From IMG/VR virus record IMGVR_UViG_3300029319_000003, positions 96,001 through 160,000 of that record: DNA of 64,000 nucleotides; one strand, written 5' to 3'. Source of the DNA: a virus. Positions 1 to 9,531 of this stretch are shown in pieces. Position numbers and translations under genes: made by a program. The notes beneath the pieces are model-generated. The model had not been told where the DNA came from. It did no database searches and saw nothing but the letters and a program-made list of their open reading frames with translations. Position 1 is the first letter of the stretch; the number at the start of each line of letters is the position of its first letter.

Positions 1-1112
1 AGCGGCTCACTTACCTTAGCGACTGCAAGCAACTCATTGTCAGAAGAGTAAAGACCGACTGTTGTAATGTATGACACCGGTGCGTCCACTGTACTTCGCT
101 TCACGCGGATCTTGCTACCAGATAGGTATGTTGGGTTTGCACTATAGTTGAAGTCGTTATGGTTCACTCGACAGAAATACACTGTGGAGTTTAGTTCCGT
201 TGTGTTGTTAAATGAAACCTCTTGGATTCTGGCGCGGAATTCGTTGCATGCCCCGCTAATGGACACATTACCAAACAACTCATGAATGTCTCCACAGGAC
301 GCGCCACTGTCAAAATCACCGTCGCCCATCGTAGGAGCCGTCGCGGTCAATTTTCCATATCTGTTCGAATTATCAGCAGTGCTGGCAGGGTCATGCTTTA
401 CAAACGCAGAGCCGGAAATAACAACAATACCAGCCTGATAATAAATCAAGCCGACTGAAGATGTGACAGTTCCGGCAGACGAAAATGCCCCGCCGGAAGC
501 GCACTTGAGAATTCCATATTCTCCAGCGGGCGAGTTGACACGATAATCGTTTTCTGCACCATCATCGTTAATGGTAAGAATGCTGTTCATGCGCCCACTG
601 CCGTCGTTATGATTCGCAGTACCAAGTTTGATTGAGAATGTGCCTTTCTTAATTTCGTCCTTGCCGAGTAGGCGAGCAAAACTAATAAAGAAGCACTGAT
701 TTAATTTTGTGCCGCCGGCAATAAGGTCGCCATCTTCATCGAATGGCATGATTGACCCAGTAGAATCGTGCCCCATAAGCACTTGCGCCATTTGATTATA
801 AATATTCTTTTTCTTGTTCTTAAATGTTGTATCTGTACCAGTTGTCCAAACGTCTGAAGAGGTGGATGAAGATGGAAAGCCAACGGTAAGATCAAAAATG
901 TGGTTAGCAGATGAACTCAAATAAGGATAGTCATAAACTGACTGAAACATTCCATGAGGATAGTCCTTGATGTTTGTTTCGTTACCGGGGTGTGTCGCAC
1001 CAGAAATATACGTTCCTGAAATAATTGTGCCCGTAATCGGAATTGCTTCGTGGAGAAGCGAACGTGTTGAAACAACATCGTCATTCAAAAATGTTTTAAA
1101 TGTAGTAGCCAT
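1..1112 (-). CDS. Virion baseplate/tail-collar-like structural protein, truncated by the window edge (absent from the ORF track)
   Basis: ATG at 1112 gives MATTFKTFLNDDVVSTRSLLHEAIPITG; the same frame near position 60 reads ITTVGLYSSDNELLAVAKVSEP, a motif typical of phage baseplate/tail-collar proteins. Only both ends were translated by hand. Confidence 0.75.
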   Translation of the reverse strand, partial: MATTFKTFLNDDVVSTRSLLHEAIPITGTIISGTYISGATHPGNETNIKDYPHGMFQSVYDYPYLSSSANHIFDLTVGFPSSSTSSDVWTTGTDTTFKNKKKNIYNQMAQVLMGHDSTGSIMPFDEDGDLIAGGTKLNQCFFISFARLLGKDEIKKGTFSIKLGTANHNDGSGRMNSILTINDDGAENDYRVNSPAGEYGILKCASGGAFSSAGTVTSSVGLIYYQAGIVVISGSAFVKHDPASTADNSNRYGKLTATAPTMGDGDFDSGASCGDIHELFGNVSISGACNEFRARIQEVSFNNTTELNSTVYFCRVNHNDFNYSANPTYLSGSKIRVKRSTVDAPVSYITTVGLYSSDNELLAVAKVSEP

Positions 1113-1128
1113 GCTTTAAATACCTTCT

Positions 1129-2058
1129 TTATGTAATCTTCTTAATAAATCTGACCGGTACGTCGATGGTATAGCCAGTTGTTGCGCCCATGATCCGAAT
1201 GTTTGTGTCGATGTGTCTTTCTGTGTTTCCACCGCTCCCCCAAGCAACAGCAGAACTTCCAAGTTGTTCAAACAAGTAAGTGCTGGTGTTTAACTCTAAA
1301 GAGGCGCGAATCTTGAACTGCAAAAATGTACCGCGTGGTCCAGAAATGACCTGTGTCGATACATCTTGAGTTTCTGTATTCTCCATGACGTATTCCGTGT
1401 CGGTTCCCAAGGAGAAATAATAACTTGCCACATTATCATCATCAATATATGATACATTTGCGGGAGAGTTGCTGGATACGCTTACAAGGTTGCCAAATCG
1501 GTTGTCGATCTCGACAATGTACTGTGTCTCAACCAAATCAGGATCAATGGTAAATGTGGCGGGAATCTCTGTTGTATCCAGACCCTGATCAACTCGGATG
1601 TATCCACCACCGCCGGTGTTCTCACCGTTTAAGAGTCCAAGATTGTTAGTGCCCGCACCCGCGTAAATCTGTGCAGCAAGGTCTTCTGTTTCCTTGTCCA
1701 CTGAGATAAGATGCACGCCAAAAGTGGGGTGTGGTTGCACTGCGGTGCTGAATACTTTGTTCATTTCAATAACGGGTAGATAAAGAAGATTCGTGCGAGC
1801 AATTGATACCAACTTGTGCTTCATCGTTGAAGTGTTATTAGTAAATGCTTCCAATACAGGAGTCTGCATAATCTCCAAATCGTAATAGGCGCTACCGCTG
1901 GGGTGCTCCTTGTTGTAGAGGCTGTAATCGACCTCATCGTCACTCAGGGCAAACTTGGCAATTTTGAATGAGCCATCGCCCTTCGCCAGTCGCATACGCC
2001 CCGTGTCAGTTAATACAGCGTCAAGAATAATGTCGCCAGAGTTGTCTAAGAATCCCAT
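1129..2058 (-). CDS. Baseplate/tail-collar-fibre-like structural protein (309 aa)
   Basis: N-terminal LDAVLTDTGRMRLAKGDGSFKIAKFALSDDEVDY resembles the LTxxGxxxLAxG..I..FA.GD start of tail-collar (DUF3751-like) proteins; SD-like GAGAGGG upstream. Confidence 0.6.
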   Translation of the reverse strand: MGFLDNSGDIILDAVLTDTGRMRLAKGDGSFKIAKFALSDDEVDYSLYNKEHPSGSAYYDLEIMQTPVLEAFTNNTSTMKHKLVSIARTNLLYLPVIEMNKVFSTAVQPHPTFGVHLISVDKETEDLAAQIYAGAGTNNLGLLNGENTGGGGYIRVDQGLDTTEIPATFTIDPDLVETQYIVEIDNRFGNLVSVSSNSPANVSYIDDDNVASYYFSLGTDTEYVMENTETQDVSTQVISGPRGTFLQFKIRASLELNTSTYLFEQLGSSAVAWGSGGNTERHIDTNIRIMGATTGYTIDVPVRFIKKIT

Positions 2059-2077
2059 TTAGTTGCCCTCTCTCCCA

Positions 2078-2103
2078 ATAATTAGTCGTTTAAGATAAAT
2101 AGT
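2078..2103 (-). promoter_or_regulatory. Two copies of a putative phage late-promoter motif (ACTAATTAT, ACTATTTAT)
   Basis: Minus-strand CTAnTTA at 2078-2086 and 2095-2103, 20 nt upstream of the ATG at 2058; the same motif recurs upstream of many genes. Confidence 0.55.
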
Positions 2104-2115
2104 CATATTTTTCTA

Positions 2116-4785
2116 CTATTGCTGATCAATGTCAGACTTAAGATGTTTGTGATCAAATTTCACGTCGAAATCGATTTTTTTGCCGGTTGATTTTGAGGTC
2201 AAACGAATCCTAAATTTCTTCCCCCAAATCGAGTCATCGGTATTCCCAAGTTTAACACTTGTCGTACCGAGCACGCTATCCGCTTCGGCAATTCCTGAGT
2301 CTTCCCTGTTTAACAACGACTGTTGCATTGTTGGTACCAGTTGCATAAATCTTTTCATGCCTTTAGAAACATCGCGTGGAACTCGATCTGCAAGAGGGAC
2401 GATTTCAACATCGAGAAAAATCGACCCTTTATCATCCATCATTTCTACTTGATAAATAGGTGTTGGATTTGAAATGTGCCCATGATTATCAACAACTCTA
2501 AAAGTATAATAGTATTTTCTATTCGGCTCGACTTTTTCTATCCACGATGCCGCTGTAGCATTCTGTGCTGTCTCGGCAGATACATCTGATGAAACCCGAG
2601 CAATCCGCTTTCCAGCAAAGTCTGTATATGCAGATGGGTGGAAGTCGCACCGATACATTTCAAAAAATGCTGGGTGATCATCGGCTCCAAAATGAATAGG
2701 CTCGTCCGGTAACAAATCCTGCACTTTTCGCGCCTTATCCCAGAGAGCCTGATCGGTTGGCTCAATAGTGATTGGTTGAAGGTGATAGTCACCGACGTTA
2801 CCGTTCCCTGTTACAAGAATTTTATCGTTGATGCCCTTATAAGGGACAAGTTGAATATCTGGCCAAAGTGGGGGCTTGTCCATGATGCGCCCCGTGTGTT
2901 CGTGAATCGGAACCTCTACCAACTGTAAGGATGGCTCATGATAAACCTCAACTGCTACGAACTTACCATTGGTGCCAGCCTCTCCAGTTTCTAATTTAAC
3001 GTATCGGTACTTTGTGCCGACCACAAACTGATAAGCGTAAATAACATATGTATATTCTTTGTTGTATTTAACCTGCGTATCAATAAACCGCAGCACATCA
3101 ATACTATTTGAGTTTGGGAGCCAGAAGTTTTGCAGCGGCTTGCCTGTCGCTTTTTTGCCAGCGAACTTAGCAATTCTATAACACGCTGTTTCAGAATAGG
3201 CTTCCTTGCCCTCCATGACTTCTTTTAAAGAACGCGAGTGTGACTCCAAGATCTTTTTAAGTTTGCCAGCAAAGATAATCAACATAAGACTCTTGAAAAA
3301 ACTATACTGTGGGCTGTTTTTCATTTTAGACTCATTGGCGTATGAGCCAAGAAACACCCGGTCGAAACCAGTGTAGCCATCAAAAAAGTCAATAGCGTCG
3401 TCTGTCAACTTCATAGATTCTAGGTCTGCAAACTTTTCATACCACTGGGTCAAGTCAAAGGTTCTAAACTTTGTTCGCTGGAACACTGTACGAGTCGTAA
3501 CTTTCGCTGCCCCTGTGCTATCAAAGTTGATTGGCATGATTGATGTTTGAGTTGCCTCCATCATGCTCTTACGAGGCATGGTATTCTTTGTAACAGCATC
3601 AATCATATCTGCCAACATTGCACTGCTCATGCTGGTGTCCTCTAAAACTTGCGCCAACTGTGTTGTCTTGTCTGTTGAGAACTCAATATCGGTATACATT
3701 GGAAACATTTCCCGACGCTCATTGTAGTCGTTAAAAATTTTCATGTCACTGATCGGCACAGCAATGTTACTCCACTGCTTAGAAATTCGATTAATCGAAC
3801 CAGCCTTAATTGCATTGTTGTACTGACGGGCGTACATGTCAAAATACTGACCAATAGCATTGGTCTGAACATCATACTTCATGTTTTTCTTTGCTGCCAC
3901 GCTCGTCGGTGCTTCCTTTGATTCCTTTTGCTGACGCTTCATTACCTCGGTGTGCTCAGACTTGAGACTGCCGCCGAGAGTAATCAAATCATCATAAACC
4001 GGGCTGGGATCTTCGTCGTGATCCATGTCCACCAAAAACGCATACATGTTTGGAAGCGTTGGCTCTTTCACTAAGCGATTAGAAATGGTAGGCTCGTACT
4101 TATCAATAAAAAAATTATATTCTGGTATCACGCTAGCATACTGTGTACCCATCGGAGAGTTTAGGCGCTCTAATTCTTTTTTGGGATACGGAAGAGGCAT
4201 CACAAAAGCATGATCTGAATATGCCTTGTCAATCTTTACGGTCGGCTCGTACTTGACCCCACCATAAGTGCCGCCCTCAAGATAAGCATTCCACCATGAA
4301 GGCGCGAACTCACCGTTTACTTTAAACAAGTCTGTGTTTGCCTCGATCAGAACCCACTCTCGGGTGGCTCCGAAAGACGAAGATGAAGTTTTGATTGGGG
4401 CAGATTGCATCTTATTAAAGTGTAATTTAAACGGTGCCGGTCCAGTATTCTTCTTGTCCATGCTGAAATACTGTAGATTCTTTGCTGCCGCCTTCTTATC
4501 CGGTCCTTCAAACGACCAGAAATTTCCGCTCTGCCCACGAACACAGTCTGCAATATTCGGCTTCCTCTTCAGATTTTTAATATTCTTTTTTGAGAAAACC
4601 AAGTCGATGTTTGTTGTGTCAATAATAAATTTCTTTTTGCCTGCTGCGGTAGAACCGTATACAACCGGCTGTGCATATTCATCCGAATAGACAGTGGTAT
4701 TGTCGAGATACTTTGTGGGGTCCGCTGTAATGGCGTCTACCAGCGCTGAAGCCGAAGCAGGAGTTAAAATGGTGTCATCTGCCAT
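2116..4785 (-). CDS. Hypothetical virion structural protein (889 aa)
   Basis: Long ORF translationally coupled within the structural operon; the C-terminal YYYTFRVVDNHGHISNP segment is FN3/Ig-like. Confidence 0.6.
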   Translation of the reverse strand: MADDTILTPASASALVDAITADPTKYLDNTTVYSDEYAQPVVYGSTAAGKKKFIIDTTNIDLVFSKKNIKNLKRKPNIADCVRGQSGNFWSFEGPDKKAAAKNLQYFSMDKKNTGPAPFKLHFNKMQSAPIKTSSSSFGATREWVLIEANTDLFKVNGEFAPSWWNAYLEGGTYGGVKYEPTVKIDKAYSDHAFVMPLPYPKKELERLNSPMGTQYASVIPEYNFFIDKYEPTISNRLVKEPTLPNMYAFLVDMDHDEDPSPVYDDLITLGGSLKSEHTEVMKRQQKESKEAPTSVAAKKNMKYDVQTNAIGQYFDMYARQYNNAIKAGSINRISKQWSNIAVPISDMKIFNDYNERREMFPMYTDIEFSTDKTTQLAQVLEDTSMSSAMLADMIDAVTKNTMPRKSMMEATQTSIMPINFDSTGAAKVTTRTVFQRTKFRTFDLTQWYEKFADLESMKLTDDAIDFFDGYTGFDRVFLGSYANESKMKNSPQYSFFKSLMLIIFAGKLKKILESHSRSLKEVMEGKEAYSETACYRIAKFAGKKATGKPLQNFWLPNSNSIDVLRFIDTQVKYNKEYTYVIYAYQFVVGTKYRYVKLETGEAGTNGKFVAVEVYHEPSLQLVEVPIHEHTGRIMDKPPLWPDIQLVPYKGINDKILVTGNGNVGDYHLQPITIEPTDQALWDKARKVQDLLPDEPIHFGADDHPAFFEMYRCDFHPSAYTDFAGKRIARVSSDVSAETAQNATAASWIEKVEPNRKYYYTFRVVDNHGHISNPTPIYQVEMMDDKGSIFLDVEIVPLADRVPRDVSKGMKRFMQLVPTMQQSLLNREDSGIAEADSVLGTTSVKLGNTDDSIWGKKFRIRLTSKSTGKKIDFDVKFDHKHLKSDIDQQ

Positions 4786-4786
4786 A

Positions 4787-7700
4787 TTAGTAGCCTCCCA
4801 CGGTTGTCATCGTTCCTGTTCGTGGCGCAGTTGCCCCAGTGCGTGTTGTTTTGATCTGAGTGACTGAATTTGTATTTTTATACTTCTTTCCAACTTTGTT
4901 AGATGAGCGGTTGGTTTGAATCAACATATTAAAAATCTTATCCTTGCTGCCGTACTTTGTCGTTGCACTGAGTCGAGACGATTTCGGTGCTCGTCTTGTG
5001 GGAGTAATTAGAAAATACTCATTAAAAACTGGTAATTCAATTCCTGAATCTTTTACAATGCCAAGTTTTGGATTTTCATACGGCTTCTGTCGGCAGAGGA
5101 TTCCACCACCCATTGCATTTTTGTACACCTCGTTAGTAAGCGGCTTCCAAATGGGGCTCTTGATATGCACACCACTCTCGGAGATCTCCAGACCTGCCAA
5201 GTACTCAATACGATTAATCATTTGGTAGTTCATCTTAAACGATGCCGAGCCCTTGATGGAGGAGGGCGCATCTGTAGCGCCAGAGGTAAAATAAGTCCTC
5301 TTCACCGCTGAACTGGTGCCTGAGCCATCAAGCATCAAAGACTTCAACTGGTTTGGCATGCTAACCAGTGCATCGCGAATTGTGGAATGTGGCTCTTGCC
5401 CGTTAGAAATAAGAGTTGACGTAATTATCTCCTTGTCCCTTGACATAAAGTCAACAATGCTATCCGACGTACTAAGATTAAAAATATCAATCGTTCCAAC
5501 TTCTACTGGTGTACTAGAGTTTGCTGTTTTATTGTCGGACTTCATTGAAGCACCAATTCTTGTTTGCGTGCTTGCCTTTGCAAAGGGGTTTAGACTTGTG
5601 AACCCATTGCGAACAAGATTCTTTGAAAGACCAGCCAGCAAGACCGCTGGATTATTATTGGCATCCTCTGCTTGATCTACTTCACATGTAGAATTAATCT
5701 TCACATGTGGATCCACAGCAACTACTGACTGGACCTCGCTTTCGCCCGAAACATTCGGCACCTGTTCGCGAGATCTTTTAATATTGTCCGTCAGCGGTCT
5801 AATTTCTCGATCTTCAATAGACTCAAAAGTCATTCCAAGTGAGGCATATACACTACTCATATTTGATTTATATATTTGTGCTTCATCAGAAAGGGATGAA
5901 TTACTGGATGTGGCAGGCGCTGTGTTCGGGCTGTCACTAGAGTTGTGGCGCAAAATCCCAGCCTCAAAAGCAGTGTAATAAGAATCGTCATGTGCCTCGC
6001 CAGTATCGCTGGTGGCATTTGCCAACAGGTTTAAGGTGCCGGGGTTGGACAACTTAACAATCGCCGGTGACAAAAATGTAAAACTAGTGTTGCTAATTCT
6101 ATCGCCATCGGTAATCTGAGATTGAGGTGTTCTGATTGTAATATCAACATCCTCGCTGGTAAAGTATCTTGCTGTTTCCATCCCCACACGCGCCTTGTAC
6201 TGCGCCCCGCTCAGAGTTAGCAGCCCCGGCTTGGTAGATGGCTCCACCTCTTCAGAGATAGAAAGATAATCATAGCCAGTATTCTTTTCAATATTGCTGT
6301 CAAACGACTCTTCGAAAAACCTCTTTTCAACAGTAAAGCATCTGCGGGCGTGGGTGCTCTTCGTCTTAACAGAACTGGGCTTGCAGGCTCTTTTCCCAGT
6401 CTTGCCCTGCTCCGTCGTCGCTCCAGAGTCCTGCTCGGTTAACCTGCCGATCTTAGAGCATAACTGGTCTATGAGCCTCATGAGCACTGCTACGCCTTTA
6501 GGATTGCCAGTATAAGGGCTAGCCATTGTATAAAGAGCCATACGGATCTTGTCGCCCGAGGAGTGCATAACATTTGTAAGAACACTGAGTGCGTAAAGGT
6601 ATTCTGTGATCGCCTTAATCCAAGGGGCGTCCCGCATATTCTCTTCAGTGTACTTCTTGTTCATTTGATTGATAAAATTTTGTGTAAACCTGTTGGACAC
6701 CACATCAAAGTTTCCGGTGGAGTGATTCTTTTCGGATGCCATCTCGCTAACATGATCGATGTGAGGATCTGATACTTCCACCGTGTGTCGAGACATTCCT
6801 AACTTAGAACCCTCATTGTAATATTGCAACAAGTATTTTCGGCATCGCAAAAGAGTTGAGCGCAGACTCTTTAGAAAAACGACAGTGCCATCCTCAACAT
6901 CCATCTCAATCGAATACTGATAAAAGCCATCAGTGATCGCCGCCATGCCATTGTCTACGCCAGTAAACATTCTAATGTCTCTGTTCTCTACATCATCCAT
7001 TGCCAACTTTACTTCAGACACTGAACCTGAAGAACGCTTGGCTGCTTTGAATGTTCCTCTTTTTTCTCCCGAAATTGCTATCAACTGTGGCGGCGATTCA
7101 GTATCGAAAATCGGCTGACCAGTATATGGCGAGCCCAGCCTATTAAATGTTTCCAACTGTCGTACCCGGTTTCGGAATACTTTTAATGTTTTAATTTTTG
7201 AGTTTTTCATTATAGACTCACGCATGTCTGGACTAGCATTGTTTAACAACTTGCCATACATGGAGTTATCGCGAACCAACTCTCTAAAGTCTACTAAGAA
7301 AGAGAACCGAGCATTGTTGTCTAAAGATCTTGATAACATAATATCAGAAAAATGAGACACCTTCTTTTTCGGATTAACATCATGAGTGGTAAGAACCTTC
7401 ATACGATTTTTGGATGAAAACACTTCATTCTCGATTGTTGTCAAATCAATCTGAAGTCGTTCAATGTCTTCGACATTTCTAAAGTCTTGGATTTTGTCGT
7501 TTGAAACTTCATCTAATGTCAGGCGCACCGAGGTGCTTGTTTTCGAAGAACCTGACCACCATTGTCCGTTATCATCTTGATTTACTGCACCTGTCCAGAT
7601 TGCACCACTTGAATCGTAATAAACATAAGCAGTGGATACAATTTCATAATCATTAATTGCCACATCAGAGACAACCTTTCCATTCATCGCATAAAGATTT

Positions 7701-8434
7701 TCTTCATCAATTTGTAAATTGTAGTCATCTCGGAGAGCCACCATGTCGATGTATGAAACAGCAAAGTAAGCCAAGTGTGCCGGCTCCGACTGCGATACAT
7801 CAAATCGAGTGCGATAAGTAAACTCTGTTATTGAGTTGCCATCATTGTCTGTTGTGCTCAAGGTCTGCGTCAAGTTAGAGTTGTCGCCCTCTACGTCAGT
7901 CGCAACCGACAACTCAACTGCTGTGGTGTGACGTTGATAATAATCATATGCCGCTGTGGCGTCATCAATTCCAAGTTCCTGCATCAACAAAGCAATATCC
8001 TCATCATCGTCTGAGGGGTTGACACCCGTGTTTGAAAGTTGAATAGCATTGGCATTAGATGAAAGAACTGTGGTGACTGCCGGGTCATCACTCTGAATCA
8101 CCTTTAGTTTAAGATACTTTGAAAAATTCTGATCTTCAAACCATGTTGAGATCATACTGTCGTCAAGAGACTCCAGCAGTGACAACTCCAAAGTAACAAT
8201 TAGTTGATTGTTTTTCTCGGATGTGTCCTTTGCTGCATAATTGTGACCTTTGAAATTGGTCACGTTTCGCCCATAGCGATTCTTGTCATAAGCGTGCTCA
8301 CGCGGATGATCGACGTGTGGGTTTGTCTCTTTCAGCGGGGAACCCGACGACTCTAAAAGAATTTCTGTAATATAAACATCTGGGATTATCTCTCCAAGAA
8401 TGTTTTCTTGATTAATATCAGCAGCCATTAGCAC
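4787..8434 (-). CDS. Hypothetical virion structural protein (1215 aa)
   Basis: Long ORF coupled to its neighbours (TAATG overlap); no catalytic motif recognised. Confidence 0.6.
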   Translation of the reverse strand: MLMAADINQENILGEIIPDVYITEILLESSGSPLKETNPHVDHPREHAYDKNRYGRNVTNFKGHNYAAKDTSEKNNQLIVTLELSLLESLDDSMISTWFEDQNFSKYLKLKVIQSDDPAVTTVLSSNANAIQLSNTGVNPSDDDEDIALLMQELGIDDATAAYDYYQRHTTAVELSVATDVEGDNSNLTQTLSTTDNDGNSITEFTYRTRFDVSQSEPAHLAYFAVSYIDMVALRDDYNLQIDEENLYAMNGKVVSDVAINDYEIVSTAYVYYDSSGAIWTGAVNQDDNGQWWSGSSKTSTSVRLTLDEVSNDKIQDFRNVEDIERLQIDLTTIENEVFSSKNRMKVLTTHDVNPKKKVSHFSDIMLSRSLDNNARFSFLVDFRELVRDNSMYGKLLNNASPDMRESIMKNSKIKTLKVFRNRVRQLETFNRLGSPYTGQPIFDTESPPQLIAISGEKRGTFKAAKRSSGSVSEVKLAMDDVENRDIRMFTGVDNGMAAITDGFYQYSIEMDVEDGTVVFLKSLRSTLLRCRKYLLQYYNEGSKLGMSRHTVEVSDPHIDHVSEMASEKNHSTGNFDVVSNRFTQNFINQMNKKYTEENMRDAPWIKAITEYLYALSVLTNVMHSSGDKIRMALYTMASPYTGNPKGVAVLMRLIDQLCSKIGRLTEQDSGATTEQGKTGKRACKPSSVKTKSTHARRCFTVEKRFFEESFDSNIEKNTGYDYLSISEEVEPSTKPGLLTLSGAQYKARVGMETARYFTSEDVDITIRTPQSQITDGDRISNTSFTFLSPAIVKLSNPGTLNLLANATSDTGEAHDDSYYTAFEAGILRHNSSDSPNTAPATSSNSSLSDEAQIYKSNMSSVYASLGMTFESIEDREIRPLTDNIKRSREQVPNVSGESEVQSVVAVDPHVKINSTCEVDQAEDANNNPAVLLAGLSKNLVRNGFTSLNPFAKASTQTRIGASMKSDNKTANSSTPVEVGTIDIFNLSTSDSIVDFMSRDKEIITSTLISNGQEPHSTIRDALVSMPNQLKSLMLDGSGTSSAVKRTYFTSGATDAPSSIKGSASFKMNYQMINRIEYLAGLEISESGVHIKSPIWKPLTNEVYKNAMGGGILCRQKPYENPKLGIVKDSGIELPVFNEYFLITPTRRAPKSSRLSATTKYGSKDKIFNMLIQTNRSSNKVGKKYKNTNSVTQIKTTRTGATAPRTGTMTTVGGY

Positions 8435-9531
8435 TCATCTCCAAAGGGTCCGTCGTCTTCGCTGACAGGACTGGTGTAAGTTGAGCCACCATCCGCTGCA
8501 TTCGCGGGACCACAGCCGGGTGGACAATTAATTTCCTCGTTTGCGAACAGACTGTCACGGCGATTTTCTGGGACGTTCTCACAGAAGACCATCGGATCTA
8601 TTTCTTTGTCAACAAAGATATTGAAAAAATATTCAACATAACTGGAGTCGATAGCGGGAAACAACTCCATTGTCCCACCTTCTGGTTCATCAAGCAAGAT
8701 ATTATTTTTTATCATAGTTGGGCGCTGGATGAAGGAGAGCGGTGTCAATTTTTCTTTTGTATGCTGCTTTTCACCACTCAATCCCGGCGTGTGAATTGTG
8801 CCGGATACATCAACATCCTCTACGATAAAAACCTCAATATCATAATTCTTTTTAAGCGACACAGAGTTTATCTCATCAATCTCCAAAAGAAGATAATCAT
8901 TATCAATGTGGATATACGAACCATCTGGATATAATTCATTCGCCAAATTCAAGTCGTTTGCCGAGCCAGCATCAGATGGATTGCCCGGTTTAATTGCCTC
9001 GTCCTCACCTTCAGTATCGGGCGCGGCTTCTTGTTTTACAAGTGTTTTGAATAAAACGTCACTGGGTGTAAGCCGAGGAATTTTTAATGTTGGGTGAGCA
9101 CCAACAACATATTGTAAGGAGCCGGATAACTTGCCCTTTAAAAAGGTAACATTCCAAGCAGGCATTTTATCGGCATGCAAGTCTGTTGATCCGAGAGGAG
9201 CCGCAAGGGCATAGTGTTTTTCATGAGTTGACTGAAACTTCTCGCTTTTAAAACTTAATTTTCCTGACCGCACTTGTTCGTTCAATTCTTTAATTTCTGT
9301 CCCTCGACCGGAATAGATATACTGAGTTTTGAGGGATGGTGTGTCGTCCTCAATGCGGTCTTTAGTTTCGTTCTGCGGCTCGGTGCCGCCGCCGTATTCG
9401 TGATCATACAATATGTTGTCATCAAAAAACGCATAATATACTGGTTCAAACTCACCTTGCGACAAAAGCAATTTGCCGTATTGTGTCAGTTGAACATCAA
9501 GCACGTCTTCTTTTTTATTGAAAAACTCCAT
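8428..9531 (-). CDS. Baseplate/tail-collar-like protein, paralog of 1129-2058 (367 aa)
   Basis: N-terminal VLDVQLTQYGKLLLSQGEFEPVYYAFFDDNILYD aligns by eye with LDAVLTDTGRMRLAKG..FALSDDEVDY. Confidence 0.55.
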   Translation of the reverse strand: MEFFNKKEDVLDVQLTQYGKLLLSQGEFEPVYYAFFDDNILYDHEYGGGTEPQNETKDRIEDDTPSLKTQYIYSGRGTEIKELNEQVRSGKLSFKSEKFQSTHEKHYALAAPLGSTDLHADKMPAWNVTFLKGKLSGSLQYVVGAHPTLKIPRLTPSDVLFKTLVKQEAAPDTEGEDEAIKPGNPSDAGSANDLNLANELYPDGSYIHIDNDYLLLEIDEINSVSLKKNYDIEVFIVEDVDVSGTIHTPGLSGEKQHTKEKLTPLSFIQRPTMIKNNILLDEPEGGTMELFPAIDSSYVEYFFNIFVDKEIDPMVFCENVPENRRDSLFANEEINCPPGCGPANAADGGSTYTSPVSEDDGPFGDEC

